A stretch of 64,000 bases of DNA. Origin: Eledone cirrhosa. Lineage: Eukaryota. How positions within the stretch are numbered: the first letter of the stretch is position 1; each line of letters begins with the position of its first letter. Shown in pieces: positions 30,001 to 41,300 of the stretch. Below the pieces are notes generated by a model. It worked only from the letters and a program-made list of their open reading frames with translations, made no database searches and was not told where the DNA came from. Made by a program: the position numbers and the translations under genes. The stretch spans positions 32,364,001-32,428,000 of the forward strand of contig OZ024747.1 in assembly GCA_964016885.1 (NCBI GenBank), given 5' to 3'.

Positions 30001-31386
30001 TATAATGTCTCAGACAGGGACCAGTGGCCAGTGGTCAACAGACAGACCATCCAGAAGGTGGGTGACAGGCAGATGAAATATAATGTCTCAGACAGTTGCC
30101 AGTGGTCAACAGATAGACCATCCAGAAGGTGGGTGACAGGAAGATGAAATATAATGTCTCAGACAGGGACCAGTGGCCATTGGTCAATAGAGAGACCATC
30201 CAGAAGGTGGGTGACCGGCAGATGAAATATAATGTCTCAGACAGTTGCCAGTGGTCAACAGATAGACCATCCAGAAGGTGGGTGACAGGCAGATGAAATA
30301 TAATGTCTCAGACAGGGACAAGTGGCCAGTAGTCAACAGACAGACCATCCAGAAGGTGGGTGACAGGCAGATGAAATATAATGTCTCAGACAGGGACCAG
30401 TGGCCATTGGTCAATAGAGAGACCATCCAGAAGGTGGGTGACAGGCAGATGAAATATAATGTCTCAGACAGTTGCCAGTGGTCAACAGATAGACCATCCA
30501 GAAGGTGGGTGACAGGAAGATGAAATATATTGTCTCAGACAGGGACCAGTGGCCAGTGGTCAATAGAGAGACCATCGATAATGAGAGTGACAGGCTGATG
30601 AAATATAATGTCTCAGACAGGGACAAGTGGCCAGTGGTCAACAGAGAGACCATCCAGAAGGTGGGTGTCAGGCAGATGAAATATAATGTCTCAGACAGGG
30701 ACCAGTAGCCAGTGGTCAATAGAGAGACCATCCAGAAGGTGGGTGACATGCAGATGAAATATAATGTCTCAGACAGCGACCAGTGGCCACTGGTCAACAG
30801 AGAGACCATCCAGAAGGAGGGTGACAGGCAGAGGAAATATAATGTCTCAGACAGGGACCATTGGCCAGTGGTCAGCAGACAGACCATCCAGAATGTGGGT
30901 GACAGGCAGATGAAATATAATGTCTCAGACAGGGACCAGTGGCCAGTGGTCAATAGAGAGACCATCAAGAATGAGAGTGACAGGCTGATGAAATATAATG
31001 TCTCAGACAGGGACCAGTGGCCAGTGGTCAACAGAGAGACCATCCAGAAGGTGGGTGTCAGGCAGATGAAATATAATGTCTCAGACAGGGACCAGTAGCC
31101 AGTGGTCAATAGAGAGACCATCCAGAAGGTGGGTGACAGGCAGATGAAATATAATGTCTCAGACGGCAACCAGTGGCCACTGGTCAACAGAGAGACCATC
31201 TAGAAGGTGGGTGACAGGCAGATGAAATATAATGTCTCAGACAGGGACCAGTGGCCAGTGATCAACAGAGAGACCATCCAGAAGGTGGGTGACAGGTAGA
31301 TGAAATATAATGTCTCAGACAGGGTCCAGTGGCCAGTGGTCAACAGAGAGACCATCCAGAAAGTGGGTGACAGGTAGATGAAATAT
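1..31386. repeat. 78-bp tandem satellite array (~400 monomers, runs off the window start)
   Basis: Consensus tgtctcagacagggaccagtggccagtggtcaacagagagaccatccagaaggtgggtgacaggcagatgaaatataa repeats head-to-tail with recurrent variants (75, 81, 77 and 71 bp units). It ends abruptly at ...gtagatgaaatata, ~31386. All ORF-track entries here are 26-aa periodic translations of the monomer. Confidence 0.98.
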
Positions 31387-31816
31387 AGAAAAGATTGAAA
31401 GAGCAGGAGGACTAGGAGAAGTGTGTTGGTGCATAAATGTGACTGGAAGAAGGAAATAAAGCTGATGTACAAGACAAGTTTTCACATCTTCACACTCCTC
31501 AGCTATCAAACCAGTAACATGGTTATGTGCAATTTAATTCAGAGTAATATTTTAAAATGCTGGATTGTGCAACAGAAAAATATATCTCTATGCTGGTATA
31601 GTGTGTGTGTGACAGAACAAACCACACAGATAGAAGGATGAAAGAAGACAAAGAAAATAATGGGATAGTGAACCTCAAGCTGAGGGGTCTGTCCTAAATA
31701 GAAAGCTAATCATAGCTATGATAAAATTGTCTCTGAGATGAAGCGAGTGTATTTGAATAGATATAAAACTGAGACAACTCATCACTAGAACATTAAAACA
31801 GCCAAATGCTGTCAAA

Positions 31817-31883
31817 GACAATGATGGGTAAAATGCCTCAGAGGGCAGGGACTATCAGCAGTGGTTGACAGAGAGACAATCCA
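31817..31883 (+). repeat. Solitary diverged copy of the 78/81-bp satellite monomer outside the array
   Basis: aatgcctcagagggcagggactatcagcagtggttgacagagagacaatcca aligns by eye to aatgtctcaggggacagggaccagtggccagtggtcaacagagagaccatcca (the 81-bp variant). Confidence 0.7.
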
Positions 31884-32165
31884 TGTGTGCGTGTATGTAT
31901 ATATATATATACACACATTATACATACATACATACACATTACACACACACATATATACATTCATTTGTATATTTCTACTTTTAATTCTCAATATATTGGT
32001 AGAGTTGCATTACAGTTTGGGAGTGAGCTATATTTAGCATTCCTCCGTGCCTACCACTATCCACCACTGTCAGATATTATCGCAGTAGCCATAATAACAT
32101 GTGAGTTTTGTCTAGACTCAATCTTAATTATGGATAATTAAAATCTTGTCTAATTAATAAGATGA

Positions 32166-32261
32166 CCTACTGATGAGGGTTGGCGTCTTTACATTACTAA
32201 TTATCCATTTAATTATGGCAAATATTCTGTTTTCTCAAGAGCCAAAACAATGTAAGCCAGG
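32166..32261 (+). ncRNA. Degenerate hammerhead ribozyme-like motif upstream of a PLE RT fragment
   Basis: cct-a-CTGATGA-gggttgg...caagagcc-(A)AAAC-aat-GTA-agcc-agg. The GAAA box reads AAAA and stem II has a long insert. Confidence 0.4.
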
Positions 32262-32417
32262 ACTGTATTAGTCCTACATAAAGCTAATATAATGTAAGTA
32301 ATATTTTTAATATTCTGCTTGGTTCTGTATTATTTATTTGCAAGAGATTGAAAAAGTTGTTTTTTGTATTTTCGCTCCAAATTTACTTTGAGCAGTTATG
32401 GTACAGCAAGTTGATAT

Positions 32418-32900
32418 TTGTATATCGATACATTTCCAAGCCTGAAAAATAATGACATCCCAGCTCTGTATGGACTCCACAAGGATCATAAAATAACCAC
32501 CAATCCTGTGGTAGGATCACCAACAAGACCAGTCTGCGGAGCAAATATCACCAGCAACAACAGGATATTTTACTTCCTCTCAATGATCATACTCCCCATA
32601 ATCAAGATGTCCCCAGGCGTGTGTGAAAGAACAGAGGACCTCCTCAGCAGAGTCAACAAATGCAACCAAATCCACGACCTGGAAAACTACATGATATCGA
32701 TGTTTATTTTTCTATGGGGAAATGTGTGCAAATGACCAGCAAGAGCAATGTGATATTCCAAGGATTTGACATTGAGGAACTGGGCCTCCACCTTAGACTC
32801 AAATGTGTCAGTGAATATCTAAATGAATACAACCTTAGCTGTTCTGCCCCAGTAGACCTGTAAAAGGTAGACCTCCCATCATCACCTCAATGGCTAAAGA
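32418..32900 (+). pseudogene. Penelope-like element reverse transcriptase fragment (N-terminal RT motifs), frameshifted
   Basis: ORF 32418-32735 reads IPALYGLHKDHK...PTRPVCGA...FLSMIILPII...ERTEDLL, matching the PLE RT pattern P-x-LYGLPKxHK...PxRPIV...LxxILxP...xxTxDL. The frame is lost near the expected DVxxLYPS motif. Confidence 0.75.
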
Positions 32901-33140
32901 GACCCCAATGGAAAGATCAGGTTCGAGTGGAGGAGCTAGTTTAGTGACTGACATGAAGCATGTTGTACTGGGTATCAGTAGCAGGAGAAACCTGACCTAA
33001 CCAAAATGACCAAAATACCAAAAATAACAGCCTCTGTTTTAATCAAATTCAGCTCATCATCTCCTTGCAGCTAAAAATTCATTTCATTAAACTTGAAATA
33101 TAATTCTGACATATAATCTATGTCAATGACATATAAGCTA

Positions 33141-33530
33141 CTAGCTAAGGTACCCGGCTTCGCCTAGGAGAATAGTTAAGAGAAGGCGGATAAAAGAGAA
33201 AATGACTGTATTGGATGTGTTGTCTGGATTACAATATGAGGTGAGACCGTATTTTGTGTGAGTGTATGTGAGAGAGACATAAACAAAACAATCATAAAAC
33301 TTCCTTATTAGGCTGGGGTAGTAAAGTGCCAATTAAATGGTAGCATTGACCGTGGATTTTAATTGTTCTGAAATAACCATAGTCAGTATGATCTTTTTCA
33401 GCTCCAAAGGACATCATCTGAAATGCAGCAATATACCGCATAACATTGCTTCTGAAGTGTTTAGCTTCGTTAGTACGGTCTATAAATAGTATATGGATAA
33501 AAGCTGGAGGGTAGATTAATTTCAAATAGT
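33141..33530 (-). mobile_element. Helitron remnant: 3' terminus plus Rep N-terminal fragment
   Basis: Minus strand ends cctaggcgaagccgggtaccttagCTAG|t (subterminal hairpin plus CTAG). ORF 33292-33525 contains FRSNVMRYIAAFQMMSFG...TIKIHGQCYHLIGTLLP, matching the Helitron Rep-N motif FxxNIRxYNxAFQMTSFG...FKIQGQxYHxIGSLLP. Confidence 0.85.
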
Positions 33531-34364
33531 ATCAATTTTTCTTTGTTCTGTGAAATCAAAGACTCTAAAACGACTTTATAAAAGCTAACACAATGTTGTT
33601 AAACTTTCCTATATATCAAAGGATTTATAGTTTAAGTCTTTTCTAGACTTTCGTGGGACGTTACTTTTTCTCTCTGAATATCAAACACTTTAATTGTATC
33701 TTTCTCTGTATAACGGTCTATCTCTTTCTTTCTGCCTCTCCCTCTGTGTTTCTCTCTCTTTAGATGTGTATGTGTGTGTTTAGTTTTCGTGAGATTCAAG
33801 CAACCAATAAACATATTTCTTTTATATGATGACACTTTTAAACTTGAAGTTGTCTTGAATAAAAATATGTTTGTTTTCAAAGGATTTGAAAACTGTCTCA
33901 AGAAGATTATAAAATGACTTCAGTGATACAAGCAATTAAAATCTTCATTCTTTGTTTGCACAACTGTCTAAAGAATCTGTCACTGAGAATATTGGTGTTT
34001 TTAAAATTATTTTCTTAATTGTGCTAATGATGTATTACACTGAGAGATGCAAGCAATCATCAAGACATTTTGCAACTAAATACTGTCAATGAATCATGCA
34101 ATTCAGTGCTGATATATTTTGCACTAACATTTTAAAATCTGCATTGAATTCACAGTGGCAGTCCATCATTGACAGAGCTCCATGTCACTATACTAGTAAA
34201 AGTAATTTCCTTTTTTTTTTTAAAATAATCACTTAGCCAAAGAAAAATATCGACTGTGCATTAGTGTCTTTTGCGAAATGTCTGGCAAATAACTCTTGAG
34301 TTATATTCTTTTATAAACCAAATATAAGCTAAATGTAACATTTCATTCCCTGATAGATTGGATT

Positions 34365-34865
34365 CCTATAGTTGTGTACAAGGGTAAAGGAGTTGCCCTA
34401 GATAGGGGAAACTATAGAGGCATTAAATTAATTGACCAGGTCATAAAGGTCACAGAAAAAGTAATAGCGCAACTAATCAGAGAGCGAATTGATCTAGATG
34501 AAATGCAGTTCGGGTTTGTGTCAGGTAAAAGTACCACAGACACTCTTTTCATTGTATGACAACTACAGGAGAAGTACCTAGCTAAAAGTAAACCCCTATA
34601 CTTAGCTTTCATTGACTTGGAGAAAGCCTTTACCAGAGTCCCACGCCCCATTATCTGGTGGGTTCTCAGAAAACTAGATGTTGATGAATGTCTTGTGAGA
34701 GCTATACAAGCCATGTATAAAAAACAGTCAGCAAGGTTAGAGTTAACAACGAATATAGTGAAGAGTTTAGCATAAAAGTTGGTGTTTATCAGGGCTCTGT
34801 CCTTAGCACGCTCCTATTTACTATCGCCCTCCAAGCTATAATGGAGGAGTTTCCAAACCAGCTGT
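34365..34865 (+). pseudogene. RTE-clade LINE reverse transcriptase fragment, decayed
   Basis: YKGKGVALDRGNYRGIKL...MQFGFVSGKSTTDTLFIV*QLQEKY...AFIDLEKAF...QAMY..., then a frameshifted GVYQGSVLS. It has an in-frame stop and a frameshift. Confidence 0.9.
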
Positions 34866-35114
34866 TGAGCTGACATATTTGAAAACACCAGCTGTTTGTA
34901 AAATGAGATTCAAAGCGTTTTAACAGACATTTTTGTCTCATCAATAGGTTTTCAAGTGTTATTCTAATCTTGAAAGTTTCTAGATTCCTTTAAAACCAGT
35001 TTTTCAAACAAGCTATCCATAATAGCTTGTTTGTAGCTGATGGAATAAAACTATATCTTAAATATTAAATACAGTATTACCAAAATTACTTCTTTGGTTA
35101 TCCAAAATCCAGGG

Positions 35115-35320
35115 CCTTCTTACTCCTGTTGGAGGAACTCCTCCTTGGTCGACTTTCACCGCTTCCTATCGCTGGCAATATAGGGTCATGTTGGACTGAG
35201 ACATCAGGTCAGATCGTCATGCCATCTTGCCTTTGGCTGCTCTCTGGTTCTTCTCCACTGCCTTGGTGTTCACTGTGTCAGTCTAATAGCAGCTCACATA
35301 CAGCCAATATACCTTTCTGA
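35115..35320 (-). pseudogene. 3' end remnant of another RTE-type LINE ORF
   Basis: Minus-strand translation TPRQWRRTREQPKARWHDDL...IASDRKR*KSTKEEFLQQE* resembles the WxPxxxxRxxGRPxxRWxDD...AxDRxxW C-terminus of RTE ORFs. Confidence 0.6.
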
Positions 35321-35432
35321 CTGGCACACCTAATGAAAATTTACCTTGAATATTTTTAGTAGTGTGGCCTACTTTATGATGATGCATATCTCATGTGGCC
35401 CATTGCTCACAAAAGGTTGCATGTGTCTCATC

Positions 35433-35531
35433 TTTTATTTAAGCCAATTTTTTGTCCATGCTACTCATGTTTCACACCATATAACAGTGTGAAACATGAG
35501 TAGCAAGGAAGAAAATTCACTTTAAATAAAA
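35433..35531. repeat. Short palindrome containing an inverted HHR 3' half
   Basis: tgctactcatgtttcacac-catataaca-gtgtgaaacatgagtagca (19-bp perfect stem, imperfect extension to ttttatttaa/ttaaataaaa). Both arms carry GAAAC-atga-GTA; no CTGANGA box is retained. Confidence 0.6.
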
Positions 35532-36001
35532 TATATACATACATATATAATGGCTATCTTCATTTCAATTATAAATACACACACATAATATGTTGGCTGT
35601 CTGCTTGATTTCAAACATACATACACGCATTCATATACATGCATTTACACACAAATTCATACATACACATATATATACAGATACACATATGCATACAACC
35701 CTACATACTTACGTGTATGTTTAAAGTTTAAAATGATTAACTTGTGTAGCAAATGTTATCGTATCACAATTAATTATAGATTTTCAAGTCAAATATTGCA
35801 CTTAATTGTTTGCTTTGGTTTTTCATCATTTCCCCACGTCACTCTACATTAACACTTTCATCACAATATTTCTAATAAAATACACAAGTTTCAATTAATT
35901 TTTTTAATAATTAAGAATTTGGCAGTTGTTAGTAAAGTAACTTCATAATTACTAGCACTTTGAACATGTCAGCTCAATATCCCCACCAACACAGTAAAAC
36001 A

Positions 36002-37465
36002 GTATTCCTGCCACCCCTATATAACTATATACCTACCACCCCTATATAACTGTATACCTACCACCCCTATATAACTATATACCTACCACCCCTATATAAC
36101 TATATACCTACCACCCCTATATAACTAAATACCTACCACCCCTATATAACTATATACCTACCACCCCTATATAACTATATACCTACCACCCCTATATAAC
36201 TATATACCTACCACCCCTATATAACTAAATACCTACCATCCCTATATAACTATATACCTACCACCCCTATATAACTATATACCTACCACCCCTATATAAC
36301 TATATACCTACCACCCCTATATAACTATATACCTACCACCCCTATATAACTAAATACCTACCATCCCTATATAACTATATACCTACCACACCTATATAAC
36401 TATATACCTACCACCCCTATATAACTATATACCTATCACCTCTATATAACTATATGGCTACCACCCCTATATAACTATATACCTACCACCCCTATATAAC
36501 TAAATACCCACCACCCCTATATAACTATATACCCACCACCCCTATATAGCTATATACCTACCACACCTATATAACTGTATACCTACCACCCCTATATAAC
36601 TAAATACCTACCCCCCCCTATATAACTATATACCTATCACCCCTATATAACTGTATACCTACCACCCCTATATAACAATATACCTACCACTCCTATATAA
36701 ATATATACCTACCACCCCTATATAACTATATACCTACCACCACTATATAACTATATACCTACCACCCCTATATAACTATATACCTACCACCCCTATATAA
36801 CTAAATACCTACCCCCCCCCTATATAACTATATACCTATCACCCCTATATAACTATATACCTACCACCCCTATATAACTATATACCTACCACACCTATAT
36901 AACTATATACCTACCACCCCTATATAACTATATACCTACCACCCCTATATAACTAAATACCTACCCCCCCTATATAACTATATACCTACCACCCCTATAT
37001 AACTAAATACCTACCACCCCTATATAACTATATACCTACCACCCCTATATAACTATATACCTACCACCCCTATATAACTAAATACCTACCACCCCTATAT
37101 AACTATATACCTACCACCCCTATATAACTATATACCTACCACATCTATATAACTATATGGCTACCACCCCTATATAACTATATACCTACCACACCTATAT
37201 AACTATATACCTACCACCCCTATATAACTATATACCTACCACCCCTATATAACTATATACCTACCACCCCTATATAACTATATACCTACCACATCTATAT
37301 AACTATATACCTACCACCCCTATATAACTATATACCTATCACCCCTATATAACTATATACCTGCCACCCCTATATAACTATATACCTGCCACACCTATAT
37401 AACTATATACCTACCATCCCTATATAACTATATACCTGCCACCCCTATATAACTGTATTCCTGCC
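36002..37465. repeat. 25-bp C-rich minisatellite
   Basis: Unit tacctaccacccctatataactata, ~58 copies, few variants. Confidence 0.97.
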
Positions 37466-37577
37466 AACTCACTATACCTACTATTTCCATACTTCTATCA
37501 ACCCAATATTCCTACTACTCCAGTATTTTTATTAATCAGATGTTTCTACGAAATAAACATTCCCCCAACCCAATATT

Positions 37578-39097
37578 CCAATATCCCTACCAGCCAAACA
37601 TACCAACCCTGTATTCCTGTAACCCCAATATCCCTACCAGCCAAACATACCAACCCTGTATTCCTGTAACCCCAATATCCCTACCAGCCAAACATACCAA
37701 CCCTGTATTCCTGTAAACCCAATATCCCTACCAGCCAAACATACCAACCCTGTATTCCTGTAAACCCAATATCCCTACCAGCCAAACATACCTCCCTGTA
37801 TTTCTGTAAACCCAATATCCCTACCAGCCAAACATACCTCCCTGTATTCCTGTAACCCCAATATGCCTACCAGCCAAACATACCTCCCTGTATTCCTGTA
37901 AACCCAATATCCCTACCAGCCAAACATACCAACCCTGTATTCCTGTAAACCCAATATCCCTACCAGCCAAACATACCAACCCTGTATTCCTGTAAACCCA
38001 ATATCCCTACCAGCCAAACATACCTCCCTGTATTTCTGTAAACCCAATATCCCTACCAGCCAAACATACCAACCCTGTATTCCTGTAACCCCAATATCCC
38101 TACCAGCCAAATATACCTCCCTGTATTCCTGTAACCCCAATATCCCTACCAGCCAAACATACCTCCCTGTATTTCTGTAAACCCAATATCCCTACCAGCC
38201 AAACATACCTCCCTGTATTCCTGTAACCCCAATATCCCTACCAGCCAAACATACCTCCCTGTATTCCTGTAAACCCAATATCCCTACCAGCCAAACATAC
38301 CAACCCTGTATTCTTGAAAACCTAATATCCCTACCAGCCAAACATACCTCCCTGTATTCCTGTAACCCCAATATCCCTACCAGCCAAACATACCAACCCT
38401 GTATTCCTGTAACCCCAATATCCCTACCAGCCAAACATACCTCCCTGTATTCCTGTAAACCCAATATCCCTACCAGCCAAACATACCAACCCTGTATTCC
38501 TGTAAACCCAATATCCCTACCAGCCAAACATACCAACCCTGTATTCCTGTAAACCTAATATCCCTACCAGCCAAACATACCTCCCTGTATTCCTGTAACC
38601 CCAATATCCCTACCAGCCAAACATACCAACCCTGTATTCCTGTAAACCCAATATCCCTACCAGCCAAACATACCAACCCTGTATTCCTGTAACCCCAATA
38701 TCCCTACCAGCCAAACATACCAACCCTGTATTCCTGTAACCCCAATATCCCTACCAGTCAAACATACCAACCCTGTATTCCTGTAACCCCAATATCCCTA
38801 CCAGTCAAACATACCAACCCTGTATTCCTGTAACCCCAATATCCCTACCAGTCAAACATACCAACTCTGTATTCATGTAACCCCAATATCCCTACCAGCC
38901 AAACATACCTCCCTGTATTCCTGTAAACCCAATATCCCTACCAGCCAAACAAACCTCCCTGTATTCCTGTAAACCCAATATCCCTACCAGCCAAACATAC
39001 CTCCCTGTATTCCTGTAACCCCAATATCCCTACCAGCCAAACATACCTCCCTGTATTCCTGTAACCCCAATATGCCTACCAGCCAAACATACCTCCC
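37578..39097. repeat. 46/47-bp C-rich minisatellite
   Basis: Unit ccaatatccctaccagccaaacatacc(aa/t)ccctgtattcctgtaa(c/a)c, ~32 copies, with two length variants interspersed. Confidence 0.97.
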
Positions 39098-39521
39098 ACC
39101 CCAACTATTCCTACCAGCATGTTATTTCATTTTCTTGTATATTTATGTTTAGTTCTGTTCTCTATATCACTATATCACATTCTTCACGAATTAGTCAACA
39201 TTTTACATCATTACATTAGTTTGAATTCTTTGATAAGGTATTGTAATGTATTTTGTCAAGTTTGTACTTATATTAAGTTGTTGTTTTTTTTCAGTATCTG
39301 CTGTATGAGACCTCCATGAGATCTTGAGGAAGGCCTACAACTATTATTGATGGAAACATTCAAGACACTGCTAGGCTGTAAGCACATATGCTGCTTACAC
39401 TATAACTTTTGTGCACACACTGATATCTAACTGGACCACTGGCACTTCTCCTTCTTACCAAAAGCATCAAAAGCTTTAAGCAGCCAGTAGCAAATTGTCT
39501 TCTAGTATACTATGTATGTAT

Positions 39522-39570
39522 TTAGGCTATCTGATGAAGCTGACCTCAGATGAAATTTCAATGTCCCTAT
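39522..39570 (+). ncRNA. Minimal type-I hammerhead ribozyme motif
   Basis: tagg-ctat-CTGATGA-ag-ctga-cc-tcag-at-GAAA-tttcaat-GTC-ccta. Both core boxes are present, with short stem II (ctga/tcag) and stem I tagg/ccta. Confidence 0.55.
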
Positions 39571-39869
39571 CAACCTTTTCCTAGTAAAAAATACATACTG
39601 TACTCTATATGTTAATGTGTACAGCTAATGTTTCATAGTTTTATGTTTAATTATTCATAGAACACACACTCGCATGCATGTGTGTGTGTGTGTGTGTGTG
39701 TGAATGTGTGTGTATACACACAAACAAACATGCTTATTATTATTATTATTATTATCGTCCCCTGATATCAAGCGAATGACAACAACCTGAGGTCAACTCA
39801 TACTCAAAATACTTTGGTTGTTTTTTCTGAGATAGCAATACACATCCTACAAATAAAATTATTGTACAA

Positions 39870-41006
39870 CAAGCCATGTATAGGGGAGCAGTCAGCAAAG
39901 TTAGGATTGGCAATGAGTATAGCGAGGAATTTAGCGTACAGGTTGGGGTCCACCAGGGCTCTGTTCTTAGCCCTCTCCTGTTCATCATAGTCCTGCAGGC
40001 AATAACGGAGGAGTTTAAGACCGGATGCCCATGGGAACTCCTGTATGCTGATGACCTCGCACTCATAGCTGAATCTATGGTAGAACTAGAGAATAAATTC
40101 CAAACCTGGAAGCAGGGACTAGAGAGAAAGGGCCTCAAAGTCAACATGACAAAGACTAAGGTCCTTATAAGTAGACGAGAAAACAGAACCCAGATCCCCT
40201 CAGGGAAATGGCCTTGCTCAGTATGTAGGAAAGGTGTAGGTAGGAACTCCATTCTTTGCCCCAAATGCAAACAATGGGTACACAAGAGATGTAGCGGGAT
40301 CTCAGGAAGCTTAATTAAGAATGTAGGATTCACATGCAGCAGCTGTGCTGAAACAGCAAGCAAACAGCCACAGGAAACAAGTACCACCAATCTCTGGGAG
40401 GGCCCTGTAGAAACAGTAGACAGCTTCTGCTACCTAGGTGACCGAATTAGCAACGGAGGTGGGTGCTCAGAAAGTACAATAACTAGGGTAAGAACGGGAT
40501 GGAAGAAGTTTAGGGAACTACTACCACTGCTAGCTGCAAAAGGCTTCTCCCTCAGAATGAAAGGCAGACTGTATGATGCGTGTATCCGAACAGCGATGTT
40601 GCATGGTAGTGAGACCTGGGCGCTGAAGGTGGAAGACTTACGTAGATTAGAGAGAAACGAAGCCTGCATGCTCCGATGGATGTGTAACAGTAATATACGT
40701 GAACGACAAAGCATAAATGAATTGAGAGAGAGACTGAGCATAAGAGGAATCAAATGCTGCGTGCAGGAGAGGCGGTTACGCTGGTATGGACATGTGATGC
40801 GTATGAAGGATGACAGCTGCATAAAAAGGTGCAGAGCACTAGAAGTTGATGGAAACCGCGGAGTGGGGAGACCCAAGATGACTTGGGATGAGGTGATAAA
40901 AGCCGACCTTACCCAACTACACCTCTCAAAGTCAATGACACACGACCGTGACTTCTGGCGTCACGCAGTAATACAGGGTACCCGACCTCCCATGGGTACA
41001 TGCTGA
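39870..41006 (+). mobile_element. 5'-truncated RTE-clade LINE; uninterrupted 376-aa C-terminal RT ORF with an internal C4HC3 (PHD-like) finger
   Basis: GVHQGSVLSPLLF, LLYADDL, GLKVNMTKTK, FCYLGD, LHGSETW, RRLRWYGHVMR, GRPKMTWDE, DRDFW motifs. Insert CSVC...CPKC...HKRC...CSSC. Confidence 0.93.
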
Positions 41007-41032
41007 AGCATATAAACAATATGCCCCCCCCC

Positions 41033-41300
41033 CCACCGCAAGGTGGTCGTGGAGGTGCCACGGCAAAAAAGCACCCAGCCCACACTGTAAAGTGGACGTG
41101 TAGGCGCCACGAAAAAGCACCCAGCACTCACTGTAAATGAGGTTGGTGTTAGGAAGGGCATCCAGCTGTAGAAATCAAGCCAGATCAGTTCCTGTATGAG
41201 CAAGGCATGGTCAGCCGACCAGACACTGCCCACAACAGGACAACCCGTCTAACCCATGCTAGCGTGGAAGAACGGACGTAAAACGGTGATGATGATGATG
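41033..41300 (+). mobile_element. SINE 3' half with RTE-type tail ending in (gat)n
   Basis: Near-identical to the reverse complement of ~45003-45105 (gtggaggtgccacggcaaaaaagcacccagcac...ttaggaagggcatccagctgtagaaatcaagcc). Ends aacggacgtaaaacggtgatgatgatg. Has an internal ~35-bp duplication. Confidence 0.8.

Noticed and set aside
1-31386. Satellite as a CRISPR array or C2H2 zinc-finger gene cluster
   Set aside because: There are no unique spacers and no cas genes. The period is 78 bp rather than the 84 bp of C2H2 arrays, and no frame gives CxxC...HxxxH or TGEKP linkers.
36002-37465. Tandem TATA boxes (tatataa) or telomeric repeats
   Set aside because: There is no associated gene or initiator evidence and no (TTAGGG)n run; the motif is simply part of the repeat unit.
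37913-38676. Minus-strand ORFs in the 46/47-bp minisatellite
   Set aside because: The frame stays open only where 46- and 47-bp units alternate (93 bp); this is a periodic artefact.
39752-40876. Minus-strand ORFs of 212 and 148 aa
   Set aside because: They are antisense shadows of the RTE RT ORF, with no independent motifs.
34365-41006. The two RTE fragments as halves of one interrupted element
   Set aside because: They overlap over the QAMY...LQAI.EEF region and differ substantially there, so they are separate copies.
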